This document shows positions 36,513 to 49,918 of a stretch of DNA of 56,432 nt, in pieces. This DNA comes from Pelomyxa schiedti. Taxonomy: Eukaryota; Protista; Evosea. The stretch covers positions 1-56,432 of the forward strand of contig JAHLWZ010000894.1 of NCBI GenBank assembly GCA_020536535.1. The letters run 5' to 3'. How positions within the stretch are numbered: position 1 is the stretch's first letter; each line of letters opens with the position of its first letter. The position numbers and the translations under genes were made by a program. The notes beneath the pieces are model-generated. The model was not told where the DNA came from and did not search any database. It was given only the letters and a program-made list of their open reading frames with translations.

Positions 36513-36560
36513 GCGTTTCATCACCACCCGCACGCTCTGCGTTTCATCACCACCCGCACG
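36513..36560. repeat. 22-bp tandem direct repeat
   Basis: gcgtttcatcaccacccgcacg at 36513-36534 and 36539-36560. Confidence 0.95.
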
Positions 36561-37173
36561 TTTTGGTGCGACTCCGTTCCTTTCGGCCGTTGCCCAAAAA
36601 AAAAAAAAAAAGTGTTTCCCCCTCACGCCCCGCTTCTGCGGCCGACCTACCTCTATGTAGCTCCCGAAAAATTTTAAAGAAAGATGTGGTGTATAACTAA
36701 CACCACATCCCGAACAAAAAAACCGAGCCCGACCACAAAAAAAACCGACGGCCGTCTTGCGGCAACCAAAAACCCAATGCTCGGTGGGTACAACAAAAAC
36801 CGACAGTAAAACAACACCACATCACTTGGCTACACCACCGCACGCAACGCACGCAGGACACAACACTAACTAAAATTTTCACATTTTTAAATTTTCGATC
36901 AGGAATTTCCGATAATTTGATAAACCGACCCTGAGTCTAGGCAGAGTGTTCCACCCAACAGATGTTATCTCTGGGATGGACTCTTTCCTATGTGTTTAAT
37001 GACTTCCAGGATTTTTTTCCTGAGGGTCTGCTCTATTTTCCGAGTTATTAAGGTCCCAAGTGAAGAAGAAAACATAATTTTGTGCCAAAGTTCCCTTTGA
37101 CAGAAACTCGGCCACTGATTTGAGTTGCCTCTCATAGACAAACCCCACAACTTCAGAGAAGGGGAATAAGAAT

Positions 37174-38262
37174 ATGCTCTCATACCTGGAAGGGTTTTTT
37201 GATTTCGTTAGAAAAAAATTATGGGGCAGGCGCTGTGGTGACGATGACCCTTCAGCAGGGGTATTACGGCAATACGAAATTACAACAACCACAAAGGCAA
37301 CACGAAACGGCGAGGGCGGAAAAGGCCTGGTGACCACGTCGGTCAGATTCACGCGGCCGAAGTACAGCCTCGTCTCTTTTTACTGCCCAGGAGTGATGGC
37401 CCTCATGGCAGGCACGCACCCCCGCTGCGGAGCGAGGAGCCCAGTCTCGATTGTGGGACAGCCACTCATCCGGGGTCTCGTGGATCTCGTTGCTCTGGCT
37501 TTGACTGAACTGAGGCTGGTTGTTGAGGCCTGGGGTCTGTTCCAGTGCCGCGGAAGTTGGAGGACTCAGTTCTGTTTCAGGATGTCACCGCTGTTCGGAG
37601 TCACTGGTGATGTGGCTGAGCCGGCTTCGCGGCATTACTGGGAGCAACGCGACGAGCAGGAGTGGTGGCAGTCGGAGAACGGTCTGTGGACTGCCACCTG
37701 CCATCCGAAGCTGGCTGTGAAATGCGCTTCAATGCAAGGACTGATACTTACATCAAAATGGAGCAGTGAGTCCGCAGTGGTTCCTTTTGATGCTCCAGGA
37801 GGCCGCGCTCTTGTGAGGTTTATAGGCTTTGATTATTGTACCCCAAACGAGCTTCTGTTGATTGTTTCTCAGCCAGGGCCGGTCAGAAACACAGCGGTGC
37901 ACATGATTATTGACATGGAGCGATCATTCACCACCAAAACCCTGGTTGTTCTGAGCAAGGCATCGTTCGACTGGCAGCTCCAAGAGGACACTGACATATT
38001 CGAAGTCAAGAATGCTGTTGTCATGAGGAAACCGCACATCGGCCGTCGCATTTTCCTGTCACACATTGAGTGGTCATACAAACACAAGCACCAGGTCATA
38101 GAGTCACTGGAAGTGAGTGGAACTACCAGAGTTTTTGCCACAGCAGACCAATGCCACATCACCAAGTTCAGTGAATCACTGTTCTTCCTCTTTTCGTGGT
38201 GTCCCACAGAGCGCTGGTCATACAAACTGTGGGAGCTCTCAGCCAAGCTCAGTACCAATTAA
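37174..38262 (+). CDS. Hypothetical protein with an HPRCGARSP motif (may extend to 38407 via a short intron)
   Basis: 362-codon uninterrupted ORF with coding-like codon use and no known domain. Confidence 0.65.
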   Translation: MLSYLEGFFDFVRKKLWGRRCGDDDPSAGVLRQYEITTTTKATRNGEGGKGLVTTSVRFTRPKYSLVSFYCPGVMALMAGTHPRCGARSPVSIVGQPLIRGLVDLVALALTELRLVVEAWGLFQCRGSWRTQFCFRMSPLFGVTGDVAEPASRHYWEQRDEQEWWQSENGLWTATCHPKLAVKCASMQGLILTSKWSSESAVVPFDAPGGRALVRFIGFDYCTPNELLLIVSQPGPVRNTAVHMIIDMERSFTTKTLVVLSKASFDWQLQEDTDIFEVKNAVVMRKPHIGRRIFLSHIEWSYKHKHQVIESLEVSGTTRVFATADQCHITKFSESLFFLFSWCPTERWSYKLWELSAKLSTN

Positions 38263-38625
38263 ATCTGTTCAGCTGACTGCAGCAAGCCCCTATTCTGAGG
38301 TACTTGATCTGAACACTGGGACTCCAGAATTAGGCGTTGTGGCCTATTGTGTGCCACCAAATCAAGGTGGTGGAGTTAGTCACTGGTGTTACTGTTCTGA
38401 CTGTTGAGTTGATTGGTGCACCAGCACAAGCAGACGGAGTCCTCTTTCAAGCAGTACACAGTTGAGTCAATTTTAAAATCAAGAAAAAAAGGCCACTGTA
38501 AAATCAAAACAAAAAAGTCTTGTCATCTGTTACAAACAGTTTTGGGTTGAGGGTGCCGTTGGTGTGAATAGGCCAACGTTGAGGTAAGTCACCTTTATCC
38601 CATGTGGCTAAACTAAGGTGTTGTA

Positions 38626-39563
38626 CTATTGCCGCCTGTCAAAAAGTGCCCTCCTTTGGTTGGGGTTAGAGAATAAATTACAAGCGAGGGCATTGTACAT
38701 GAAACCGGGAGTTCGTAGTAGATGAATGCCGGCAGTTGCAGGAAGTGTGTCAGCAAAGTAAAGATACACGTGAGCTACAAGAATTCCGCACAAATCGTGG
38801 AACGGGTTGTTGCCGAGAATGTAGCCAAACCCAAGCAAAACCCACGGTAACAAAGGGGCGTGGAAGGAAAAGAGTCCAAGTAAATTCATTATTACTGTAT
38901 GGCTTTAGAAAGTAAATCAAGATTACTCTCATTACCTCGGGGATTCCTTTTACCCCATACATAGACAATCATGAACGATAGAGATGGGCCCAAAAATGGA
39001 AGGGCATAAGCTTTGGTAAAAGGTATAATAAACAGGACGTAATCCAAGATCTATATTCTTGAGTACAGTTGCGGGTGTAAAAATATAACTACCAGAAGAG
39101 AGACTGCTCCAAAAAACCACAAGAAAACATAATCTGAAGTCCTCCCAGTATACTGCTCCTCAAGAGCCTTACTATGACGGAATCTAGTGTACAGCTGGTA
39201 AAATGTTTGTTCACACATTGTTGAATGCATTTCCATACAAGAAGTAAATATTGAAGAAAAATCCAATATCAAATGACTGACTGAAGAAGAGAAAGTTGGT
39301 CACAAGTCGCCAAAACTGCGCCAGCAAAAAAGGGGTTAATTAGTGACTAATGCACAAAAGTACGACGGCGGTGGCCATTCATTATGAATACACAACAAAA
39401 AAAAAACAACCTCATAGGGAGCCCGTAGCACCAGCGGGAAGTACAAATACAACGCGAACGGCGACACGATCTTCAACGTTGTCGCACACGTAGTCGCCAA
39501 ACAACCGCCCAACACCCATCTCGTCACCGGTGGTATGCTCCCTATCCACTCCTGCGCAGCCAT
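38626..39563 (-). CDS. DER1: Derlin (Der1-like ERAD protein), multi-intron
   Basis: IPPVTR, SPFALY, WRLVTNFLF, RHSKALEE...GRTSDYVF, FLGPSL, MNLLGLFSFHAPLLPWVLLGF, DLCGILVAHVYLYF, LLRTPGF. Confidence 0.93.
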
Positions 39564-39831
39564 CTGTTGTTTATTTCAACTTTTTTTTTCCGGGTTTGCC
39601 TCGTTTTCAGAAGCAGGGGAGTGATGACTGGATTGGCAATGACGATGAACGCGACACGTGTTCAATGTCGTTTTCATGGAAAAATGTGCCTATGACAAAA
39701 AATGCATAGACACGGGAGTTATTCATAATGAGTTGCACAGTGGTGTGTACAGTTCCATCATACAGTGTTGTTTGTTAGTGGTGAGTGGCGTACTGTTACA
39801 AGTCTCTGGTGAGTGGGAGAGCTTCCGAAAG

Positions 39832-42263
39832 TCAAAAATTTCTGGGATGTCCATAGGCACTTGACTCGTCACTGCTGTCCGCTTTCATAAGTTCCTCACT
39901 GTTATTGGTAGGCGGATCGCCATTGTGGGCCCCGCCGCTCCCGTTGCCATTGCCGGCACCTTTGGCTGGCCAGAGCGTGGGACACAGCTCAAGAAGGGTT
40001 TGATGTATCTTGGAGAAGGTAGGCCTGGTCCCGGGGTCGCTGTGCCAGCACAGCTGCATCAGTTCGGCAATGGCCGGCGGAACGTGGGCCGGAATGGATA
40101 GGCGTTCGCCTTGTTGTAGAAACTCCAGAAGAGAAACCCCTTCGGCTGTCAGCTCTTCATATGGTTCACTTCCGCGCGTAAATATTTCCCACATGAGAAC
40201 TATTTGATTGTTAGCGGTGACAGTTTGAATTTTCCGCGCACCTCCAAAGCTCCACACGTCACTTGCTTTTGTGGAAGGATCTCCAAGAAGAACTTCTAGT
40301 GCGGCCCACTTTCTGCATGCAATTTGAACCATGGAGAAAGAAAAAGGAGAAACTTACTTGGGGAAGCAGTTTGATGTTGACCAGTACTCATCTGTACAGA
40401 AGCGAGCTTGCCCCATATCTGGAAGGAAGTTAAGTTGTTACCATTTATGACCACATCTCAAACCTGAAACTTTCACACAGTATTCCCCATTGGCAAACTG
40501 AATATATAAGCAGTTTCTACAAGCTAAATCCCGGTGTATAATATTGTGATGTGCGAGATACTCCATTCCTGCTGCTACATCTTTGCACATCCTCAATAAT
40601 TCTAGTTCACCAAGATTGAGACTAGCCGGAGTTCCGCTAACACCCAACTGAGAAGATGCTGCATGTGCGGAAGACGATTGAAGTAATTGCAGTAAGCTTC
40701 CGTGACACAGTTCCATCACCAACATGTGATTTCCATCGATAACGCAAGTGCCAAAGAAATGCACTATATTGGGATGTGACAATCTAAAGAGTTTTGTTAA
40801 ATACGCAAAAGCAAAAGAAGTTGCTCACTTGCATAATACGGCGGATTCTCTTTGAATCAAAGCAGCACATTCTGAATCTTTATGCTTTTCAGAAAACTTG
40901 AGCTGCTTCGCTGCAACCCTTGTTCCATTCCATAGACCGTTCCATACTGTCCCAAAAGCGCCAGATTTTATTTCGGAAACAAGCACTACACCGCTCAATT
41001 GTTTGGAAGACGAGTTGTAGTCCTCAATTTTTTTACCGACACACTCTGGTAATCCTGCTCGTTTCACCCAATCTTCCGTTATCTATTTCACGTTGGAATA
41101 TGACAACAGCAAGAGTACGTACAAGATGAAAGTTGTCCCATGTGATGTTTGCATCAATAAGTTGGCTATGATAATTCTGCAACCCTAGATAAACTAGTAG
41201 ATCCATAAACTGAGTCGGTTCGCTGACTAAGACAGGTGTGCTTCTCAAGAAGTCCCAGGCTGGAATATGCAACTGGCGCAAGGTCACTTTTCGATACAAA
41301 CATTTGAGTCAACCTGTTTTAATGCAGGAGCCAGCACAGCTCGCCGCACCTCTGGGTGGAACTGTGACAGAACCTCGTAAATAATGCGTCTGGCTTCGTT
41401 GAAGTTGGCTACTGTAGGGAAAGATGGAGGTGGAGAGGTGGAAGGTTGTTCAGGTATAGGTGCCTTTTAAGCGAGTTAAACAATTAATAAGAAGCATATT
41501 ACGGAGGAACCTGTTGGGGAGAGGTACGCGGAGAGGAAAGAGGAGAGGGACCGGGTGATGGTGGCGGTGTTACACTGTGTTGTACATGAGGTGTGTTGTA
41601 AGGGATAGCAATAGCACGAGGTGAAGTTGGTGTTTGGGCAGTTTGAATCTGGCTCCCAGGTGTGGAGCACTCTGGTGAGGTTGCTCGGTACATTGGCGGG
41701 GGTGTGCAAAGTGGTGAGATGTGGCAACAACTCTTTCTCAAGTCGAGTGGGGCAGGGGTTAAAAGTCCAGGGGAGGCTGATGATTGTGGAGGAGTTTTGT
41801 AAATTCCCTATACCAAGGGGTTTAAAATGAAATTTTGATGGGAAAAACAAGATGAAAGAAGAAGTACCACTGAGTGACTTGGTGAAGTCGATACTGACCT
41901 CGACTGGGGTGAGCAAGAACTACGTGACAAAGCACTCACTGCCCGATCTGATGGGCTCCCATAACCCTGCCTGCGAGGGCGCTCATTAGAGTGCCCCTCC
42001 TCACACGCATTGGATGTCTCGTCATGTACACCGAGGACGTTTGGACTTTCAGTTGCGCCACCCCTGGTAGCCGCCGCGGGCACGCTGATCGCAGCACTGC
42101 GTTTTTGTCGTTTTTGCGAGGTAGACTTGATGAGTTCCTCCTCGTCATCATCGTCAATGACGTCGTCGTTTACGTTGTTTTCCTTCTGCTGTTGCTGAGG
42201 TTGTTCCTGACATAACGTCTTTTCTTTGTCGCTGTTTGTCGCATCTCCGCTATTGTGCGCCAT
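39832..42263 (-). CDS. Non-receptor tyrosine kinase with a SAM domain and a Pro/Ser-rich N-terminus
   Basis: SAM-like LGLQNY...ANITWDNFHL|ITEDWVKRAGLP. SGAFGTV, VAAKQL, HPNIV, HRDLACRNCL, VKVS|DMG, FPK|KWAALE, SDVWSFG, WEIFTRGSEPY, CWHSDPGTRPTF. Confidence 0.88.
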
Positions 42264-42689
42264 CTAGCACACGCGGCTCGCCTTCTTTTTTTTTTTTTAT
42301 TTGTTGTTTTGTTGTCTTCGACGCTGTCTCAACGTGGCGGCACTAAAAACCGTTTTCTTTCGCTAAATCTCACAGCCGAAATGTCAGATTGGTTCAAACG
42401 GGGATCAGAGTTGAATCCACGGGAAACTGGAAGGCGGATGTAATGATCTTTGATGGGGGTTTCGAAGTCAGAGAGTGGTTCAGGGCTGAGCCCTTTTTAC
42501 GGGGTCGTAGGCTTTTACTGTGAAAAACAACTATTTAAAAACCGCCGGCAACAACCAAAAATAAAAAATCAAAAAACCCCTTGTAAAAAAAAACAACGAA
42601 AAGGAAAAACAAAGAAAGCAAACAACAAAAAAAACCAACAAACCAAAGACACGCACCACCCGTAGATCCACACACCACACCGGTCGAGA

Positions 42690-45600
42690 ATGACTACGGC
42701 TGATAACAATCAAGCCGATTTTCAGCGGTACTGCGTGTACCTGCGTACCGACTCGTCGCTCAATGTTCCGATCTCAAAGGTCGTTTTCCTCCGCGTCTTT
42801 TTCCCCCTTTTTTATCGCGTTTTCGTGTGCGGGACTAATGGCGTCGCTAGACATGCGTTTGGTACCAAATAAATACCACCAACAAGGAAACCAAGGAAAT
42901 CATTTCCGAATTCGCCACTGGTGACGTTGTTTCAGAAACACCTGATGAGGCCGTTATCCGCACCGCTGAGGGCCAAGAAATAAGAGTGAAAAAGACAATG
43001 ATATTCCCCCGCAACCCAGCCAGGTTCGATGGTGTGGAGGATTGTGCGGAGTTGGGTCAATTGAACGAACCATGTGTGCTATACAATCTTCGTTTGCGGT
43101 ACAACGCAAACATCATTCACGTGTGTTTCAGTGTTGTTAATTGGTTTCCCTAATTTCTTTGTAGACCTACTCTGGTTTGTTTTGTGTCGTTATCAATCCT
43201 TACCGCCGGTTCCCAATTTACACCCCGTATATGATTGAGAGGTATAGAGGTCGCAGGCGCAATGAGCTCCCTCCCCACATTTTTGCCATTGCCGATGGCG
43301 CTTACCGAGCCATGATGCAGACTGAAAATCTCCCCAATCAGTCCATTTTGATCACGTTTGCTCTCTTTTTTCGGGTTTCGTCTTCTAACCTCTTGCAGTG
43401 GTGAGTCTGGTGCTGGTAAAACTGAGAACACGAAGAAAGTCATCCAATATCTCACCAACATTGCTGGCAGAGGTGACTCTGGCGGTCTAAGCCAACTGGA
43501 GAAGCAATTACTAGATGCTAACCCAATTCTGGAGAGCTTTGGAAATGCTAAGACCTGCAAGAATAATAACTCATCCCGTTTCGTATGTAAATGGAGCTTA
43601 GATATAATTTTTACTTTGATTGCAGGGAAAATTCATTAAAATTTTCTTTACCACTGGAGGTCATATTTGCGGTGGTAACGTCAAGGACTACCTGCTTGAG
43701 AAGTCTCGTGTCGTTTCCCAAGCCAACAACGAGAGAAATTATCACATATTCTACCAGCTTATGGCTGGTGCTTCTTCTGAGCTCAAGAGTAAGTTGGCTT
43801 ACCCTCTTGAGGAAACTCACGTTTTTTCTAGGACAACTCAAGCTCACCGGAGCCCTGGACTACTTTTGTATGTGCTGTTTCCCTTCTCGCAAACTGACTT
43901 AAATTTAGTCATGAACCAAGGAGGTAACCCAAATATTGCCGGTGTTGACGATGCCCGCGACTTCAACGACCTTAAAAAATCACTCGGCACCATGAACGTA
44001 AGTGAAGAGGAACAAAGTCAAATCTGGAACATCATCTCTGGTCTTCTTCACTTGGGCAACGTTAAGTTCACTGAGGGCAGGGAGGGATGTGAACTGCCTG
44101 ATTCCAGTGAGTTGGAGCTAACGGCGGAGATGTTCGGTGTCGGCTATGACGTGTTCAAGGAGGCTATCATGAAGCCCAAGACTGAAGTGCAAGTTGGTGG
44201 CAAGACAGAGCAAATGTGCCAACACTTGACAATGGAAAAAGCTACGGCTGCCAGGAACGCCCTGGCTCGAACCATGTTCCAGCGTTTGTTCAAGTGGATT
44301 GTGTCCAAGATCAATAAAGAGTTGAATGCTTCCAGCTATGCAAGCTTTATCGGAGTACTGGATATTGCCGGTTTCGAAATTTTCCCTCTGAACAGCTTTG
44401 AGCAATTGTGAGTACGTTTATTTCCCGTTTCAATTAACGAAATTCAGGTGCATCAACTACACTAATGAGTGTCTCCAGCAGTTCTTCAACTTCCACATGT
44501 TCACACTAGAACAGGAGGAGTATATGGCTGAAAAATTGGACTACACTCCAGAGAACTATGCTATGGATTCACAGCCCGTCATTGATCTAATTGAAGAGAA
44601 ACCTGGTCCCCGAGCTGGTATCCTTGCACTCCTAGATGAACAGTCTTTCTTGGGTGGTGCCGGTACAGATGACCAGTTCCTTCAGAAGCTGTACGGTACA
44701 TTCGGTCGCCGTGGTCGTGTTCCACACTTCAAGTTCCATGTGTGCCTTCCCCTTTGCGTTCTAGGAATTACTGACCTTAACGCAGGAGCCCCAATTCGCT
44801 GGTGCCAAGGAATTCGGCGTCGACCACTATGCCGGACCAGTGAGTTACTCCATTGTTGGCTGGATCGACAAGAACCGGGACCCTCTCACCTTACAACTGG
44901 AGAAGCACATGAGGACCAGCAACTACAAACTGGTTTCTCACATCTGGACAGAACAGTTCGACTTGGCTGGTGGCTCTGCTGCTGCGACTGCCCGTAAGGG
45001 AGCAGGTTTCCAGACTGTTGGTGCTAAGCACAAAGAGCAACTGAACGACCTGATGACCACCCTGCGCCGCACCACCCCGCACTTCGTGAGGTGCATCCTA
45101 CCCAACAAAGAACAGAAGCCTGCCCTGATGCAGTATGTTCCCAGTTCTTACCTTCAGGATTCTTATCTTATTTGTCTAGTTCCGATGTAGTGTTGAAGCA
45201 ACTGAAGTGTAACGGTGTGCTCGAGGGTATTAGGATCTCCCGAAAAGGTTTCCCCAACAGAGTTATCTATGCCGAATTCTTGAAACGGTGTGTTTTTTTG
45301 TTTTGTTTTGTTTTCTTTTCTTTTCTTTCTTTTCTTTGGTTTTCCTGTACTAACTCACAATAGGTACTATTTCCTGGGAACTGGAGTTCCCCGTGCCACT
45401 CCAGATACCAAAGCAACTGTTCAAATGCTTATGGATCAGATCCATGTCCCAAAGGAGAGGTTCCAGATGGGTCTCACAAAGATTTTCTTCCGTACCGGTA
45501 TGCTGGCAGAGATTGAAGAGATGAGAGAGAAAAAGATCTCTGAGATGATTATATCACTCCAAGCTGCATGCCGCGCACTTCTAGGAAGAAAGAACTTCAT

Positions 45601-48600
45601 GGAATTGCGCAAGAGGACTTTTGCTGTTCTCACCATCCAATCTAACCTGCGCGCCTGGATTCAATTCAAGGAGTGGCCTTGGTGGAGACTTTTCCAAAAA
45701 ATCCGCCCTCTTCTCAAACGTGTTAACATTGAAGGCGAGATGAAGGTAATTGTTGTGTGCATGTTCCATTTCGAATAATACTTCACAGAAAGTGCAAAAA
45801 GAGCTGGACCAAGTCAAGATTGATAAAGACGCTGAAATGAAAGCTAGGCAACAAGCTTTGACAAGCTTGGCTGAAGCCGAGACGCAGATAGGCAACTTGA
45901 ACAAACAGATTACTGCTTGCAGGAATGACATTGAAGCCCTACAGGCGGAAAGGGATCGCTTGGATGCGGACAAGAGGGACCTCAGCACAAAGTGCGAATC
46001 ACTGGAAGACGACATTATGAACCAAAAGCAACGGGAACTTCTGGTAAAAGGCGAATTGGAAAAGCAGATCGCCGAGTACGCCAGACTTGAAGATGAGCTC
46101 ATGCTCGCCAAGAAGCAGCAAACTGCTCTTCAAGGAATGGTTGAAAGGTTTAAGGGAATGCTTACCGAGGCCAACGGCGCCAACGACGAGTACGAAAAAG
46201 CAATTACAGCTTTGGAAGCTAATAAAGCCGAGTTGACCAAACAAATCGCCGATCTGAACGCCGAAATTGATGAGGGAAATAAGATCAAGTTGCTACTGGA
46301 GAAAACCAGAAGGAAACTCGAAGCTGACATTCAGGACTTAACTGCGGCCCTGAAGAAGGAAACTGGAGATAAGACCGAGATCATTGCGGCCAAAAAGGCT
46401 CTTGAGGCCCAACTCCTTCAAGTGAACCAGTCTCTAGCTTCTGAGCAAGCCAATGTTGCAAACCTTCAAGGTGCTGTAAAGAAACTTGAAGGATTATTAG
46501 CCGATATGACTGCCAAGTTCGAGGCTGAGAGGGCTGCCCGTATAACCACTGAGAAAACTCTCAAGGATACCAACAATGAATTGGTCACTACTAAGGACGA
46601 CTTGGAATCTGAGCGCACTCAGAGATCAGTTCTTGAGGGTCAAAAGAAAAACCTTCAAGTTGAACTGCAAAAACTCCAGGAAGAAGTGGAGAAAGGGTTC
46701 GATATGAACCTTCTCACACAGGAATGGCGAAAGAAAGCCGAGTTTGAGTTGGGTGAGCTCCGCAAGGAAATCGAGCGCCTCACTGCTTTGGTTGCCAAAC
46801 TCGAGAAAGACAAGAAAGCCCTTGAGCTGGAGCTAGCAGATGTTAAGAAAAACTTGGATATTGCACTTCGTGACAAGGCCAACTTGGAGCGGGCAAAGCG
46901 CACAGCTGATACCGAGCTTGACCAAGTTAAGGAAAAACTGGACGTTGCTGAGCGGGACAAAGCCCAGCTCTCTCAGACAGTAAGGCGCTTAACTGCAGAG
47001 GCAGCCCAAGCCAAGACCGCTTTTGATGACTTGTCCGCATCTAAAAACGTATTTTTATCGTTTTTTACTTTTCTGACTGCTAACGCTGCCTTAGTCAATT
47101 GAAACAACTTTGAAAGCAAGCGAGGGTACTCTTGCAGAAGCCCGGGAAGAACTGGAACAAGTAAAGCGCGATAAGGAGGCTTTGGATAAGAAGAAAGCTT
47201 CCCTCGAGAGCGACCTCAAGACGGTGACCGAGCAGTATGAGGATGAAAAGAAGACTAAGGAGCAGCTGGAGCGGAAAAAACGTGTACTTGAGGATGAGTT
47301 TAACCAGCAACAACAACAGTTGGAGCAGTCTGAAAGCGAACTGCACAAAGCTGAAGCCGAACGTAAAACATTTGCCTCACGAGTGGAAGAGCTCGAGAAA
47401 AAAATTGCTGTTGAGGTCGATGGCAAGAACAGAGCCGTCGAGTCTCAGCGAACTCAGAACAAGGCATTGGAGGACCTGCGCCAGGAACTTGAGGAACTTG
47501 AGGCCACTAAAGCTAAGTTGTCTCGTGACAACGCTAAGCTAAGCTCAGAACTGGAGGCCGAAATTGAGGCTAAGGAGTTTGAAAAGAAGAACTTCCTGGA
47601 TCTCAAGAAGAACTATGAGAAGATGTCCGGGGAGTTCAAGGGAATCAAGTCCAAACTTGATGAGCAAACCGCAGCTGCCTCCGAGTACTTCGTGATGAAG
47701 AACAAACTGGAGACTGAGCTTGCCAACTTGAGCAGAGATATCGAACTTCAGGACACCGCTTTGGCAGCGGCAAACAGGGCCAAGAAGGGACTTGAAGTTG
47801 AGGTTGCGGGTCTCAAGGACCAACTCTCTGTAGTCGAAGCTGCAGCAACAGCAGCCAAGAACAAAATCAAGGAGCTGGAGGGTCAAGTTGCTGACCTCCA
47901 CCAGCAATTGCTCGAGAAAGGTGATGGCGTTGACTCCGCCGAGGTGGCTGTTAAGGATCAGGAAATCAACGACCTCAAGATGAAACTCAAAGCCGAAAGT
48001 GACGCCAAAACGGTCGCCGAGGAAGGACGCAAGGCAATGAGAAACGAACTACAAGAGGCTAAGGCTGCCCTCGAAATCGCCAAGGCCAAAGAGGAAGGCT
48101 TTGAGAGGACCAAGAGAAACCTTGACCAAGAGGTTGCTTCTGCAAGGAATAGTGCTGATCTTGCAACCAAGAAGGCAAAGATGTCGGAGGATCTCATCAA
48201 GAATCTCCAGGACAACATCAAGGGGCTGAAGCTTGCTTCCATCGTAAGCTCACAAGGAGAGGAAGCACAAAGACTCACTGCTCAAGTAAGGGAGCTTTTG
48301 TCCGCCGTAGACGAGGAGAAGAAGTTACTTGGTGACAGTGAAGTTGCCCGCAAGTCTCTGGATGCCCAGCTCGCAGAGCTTAAGGCACAGTTGGTTGAGG
48401 AAGGGCTTAATAGGGAGAAACAGCTTAAAGACAAGCGAACAGTTGAAGTTACTCTTGAAGAGACTCGCGACCAGTTGGAGGAAGCAGAAGAGCGTGCTTC
48501 CGCTGCCGAAGAGGGTAAAAGGAAGGCTGAGGTTGAGCTCGATGACCTTAAGAAGAGGTTTCTTTTATCTTCTGATTTCCGTTGTTTAATTCTTTCCTAG

Positions 48601-49762
48601 GTACGAAAACGACCTTGACCAGAAGCAGAGGTTGGATGTTCTCAAGGGTGTCCTCGAAAAAGACTTGGAGAAGTACAAGAACTCTTATGAGGAGGAACAC
48701 AAACAAAGACTGGAGAGCGACAGGATCAAGAACAGGCTCTCCGGAGAAGTCGAGGATCTTACCGTTCGTCTCGATAATGAAGTAAAGGCAAAGACTTCCC
48801 TTGATCATGCCAAGCGCAAACTCGAGCGAGAAACCCGTGTAGTCAAGACCAAGCTTGAGACACAACTCGCACAACAAGCCGAGCTCGAGGCAAACAACAG
48901 CAAGATGGAAGAGGAGCTTGATGATATCAAAATGAAACTCGAGAGAGAGACAAAGAGCAGAATCATTCTGGAGAAGACCAAGCAACAGATGGAGATGAGG
49001 ATCGAGGAACTTACCGAAATCTCCGAAGCCGATGTTAAGATCAAGCAGCGCCTCGAGAAAGAGAAGCGCGAACTACAAGGAGAGCTTGATGACCTCAAGG
49101 AAATCCAGGATGAGCTCGATGAACTCAAGGAGCAGTTCGACGATGACAAGTCCAAGCTTGAGGCCGAGCGGAACGCCGCCAGAGAGGAGGTCGACAGGCT
49201 CTCAGTTCAAATCGACGACCTAGAGCTCTCCAAGGCCAAGCTGGGCCGTGACATTGCGGAAGTAAACGAGCGCCTGTCAGAGGAGACTTCGGCAAGGACC
49301 CAACTAGAACGCAGCAAGAAGCAAATCGAGACCGAACTCGAAGAAGCCCAGAGGCTCCTTGAGGCCGAACTCCGCAACAAGGCCAAGTTCGAGAAAATAG
49401 TCCGCGAGAAGGACCGCGCTCTTGCGGACATGAAGACCCAGCTCGCCACAGTCACTTCAACAGCCGGAAAGGGCGAGGCCGTTGCAAAGCTTGAAGCCAC
49501 CAACAGGAGACTCAAGGCCGAAGTTGACGAGGCCAAGTCCGAGCTCGCCGCCGCCCAAGCCGAGAAGAAGAAGATGGAGGTCGAGCGCACGATGCTCCAG
49601 GGACAGCTACAGGAGGAAAGGGACCAGAACGAAGCCATCAGGGCCAAGCTGGAGGGTCTGTTTGGCGGTATTCCCGGGGCATCCAAGCGACCAACCAAGG
49701 CCCGCTCATCAACTCCCACTGCCCCCGAAAAGTCCTCATCCCCCAAGGGTGACGACTCTTGA
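42690..49762 (+). CDS. mhcA: Myosin II heavy chain, 13 introns
   Basis: SH3-like N-terminus, [55 protein letters not shown], two IQ motifs, WPWWRLF, and a coiled-coil tail of more than 1300 aa. Confidence 0.98.
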
Positions 49763-49918
49763 ACACTACAAGAGAAAAAAAAAATACATTTCCGTAGATA
49801 TCTCTATTTGTGTTTTAAAAAGTATGGGGAAAAACTCAAGACATTTTCTGGGACCCACTTGAAGATAACGGAAAACTTTTTTCCTCCTTTTGTTGGAAAG
49901 TTGGATGTGTAGGTAATG

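Noticed and set aside
36513-36560. CRISPR-like repeat
   Set aside because: Only two copies with a 4-bp spacer, in a eukaryotic context with no cas genes.
45581-49746. Long antisense ORFs over the myosin tail and other genes
   Set aside because: These are shadow frames caused by biased codon use on the sense strand.
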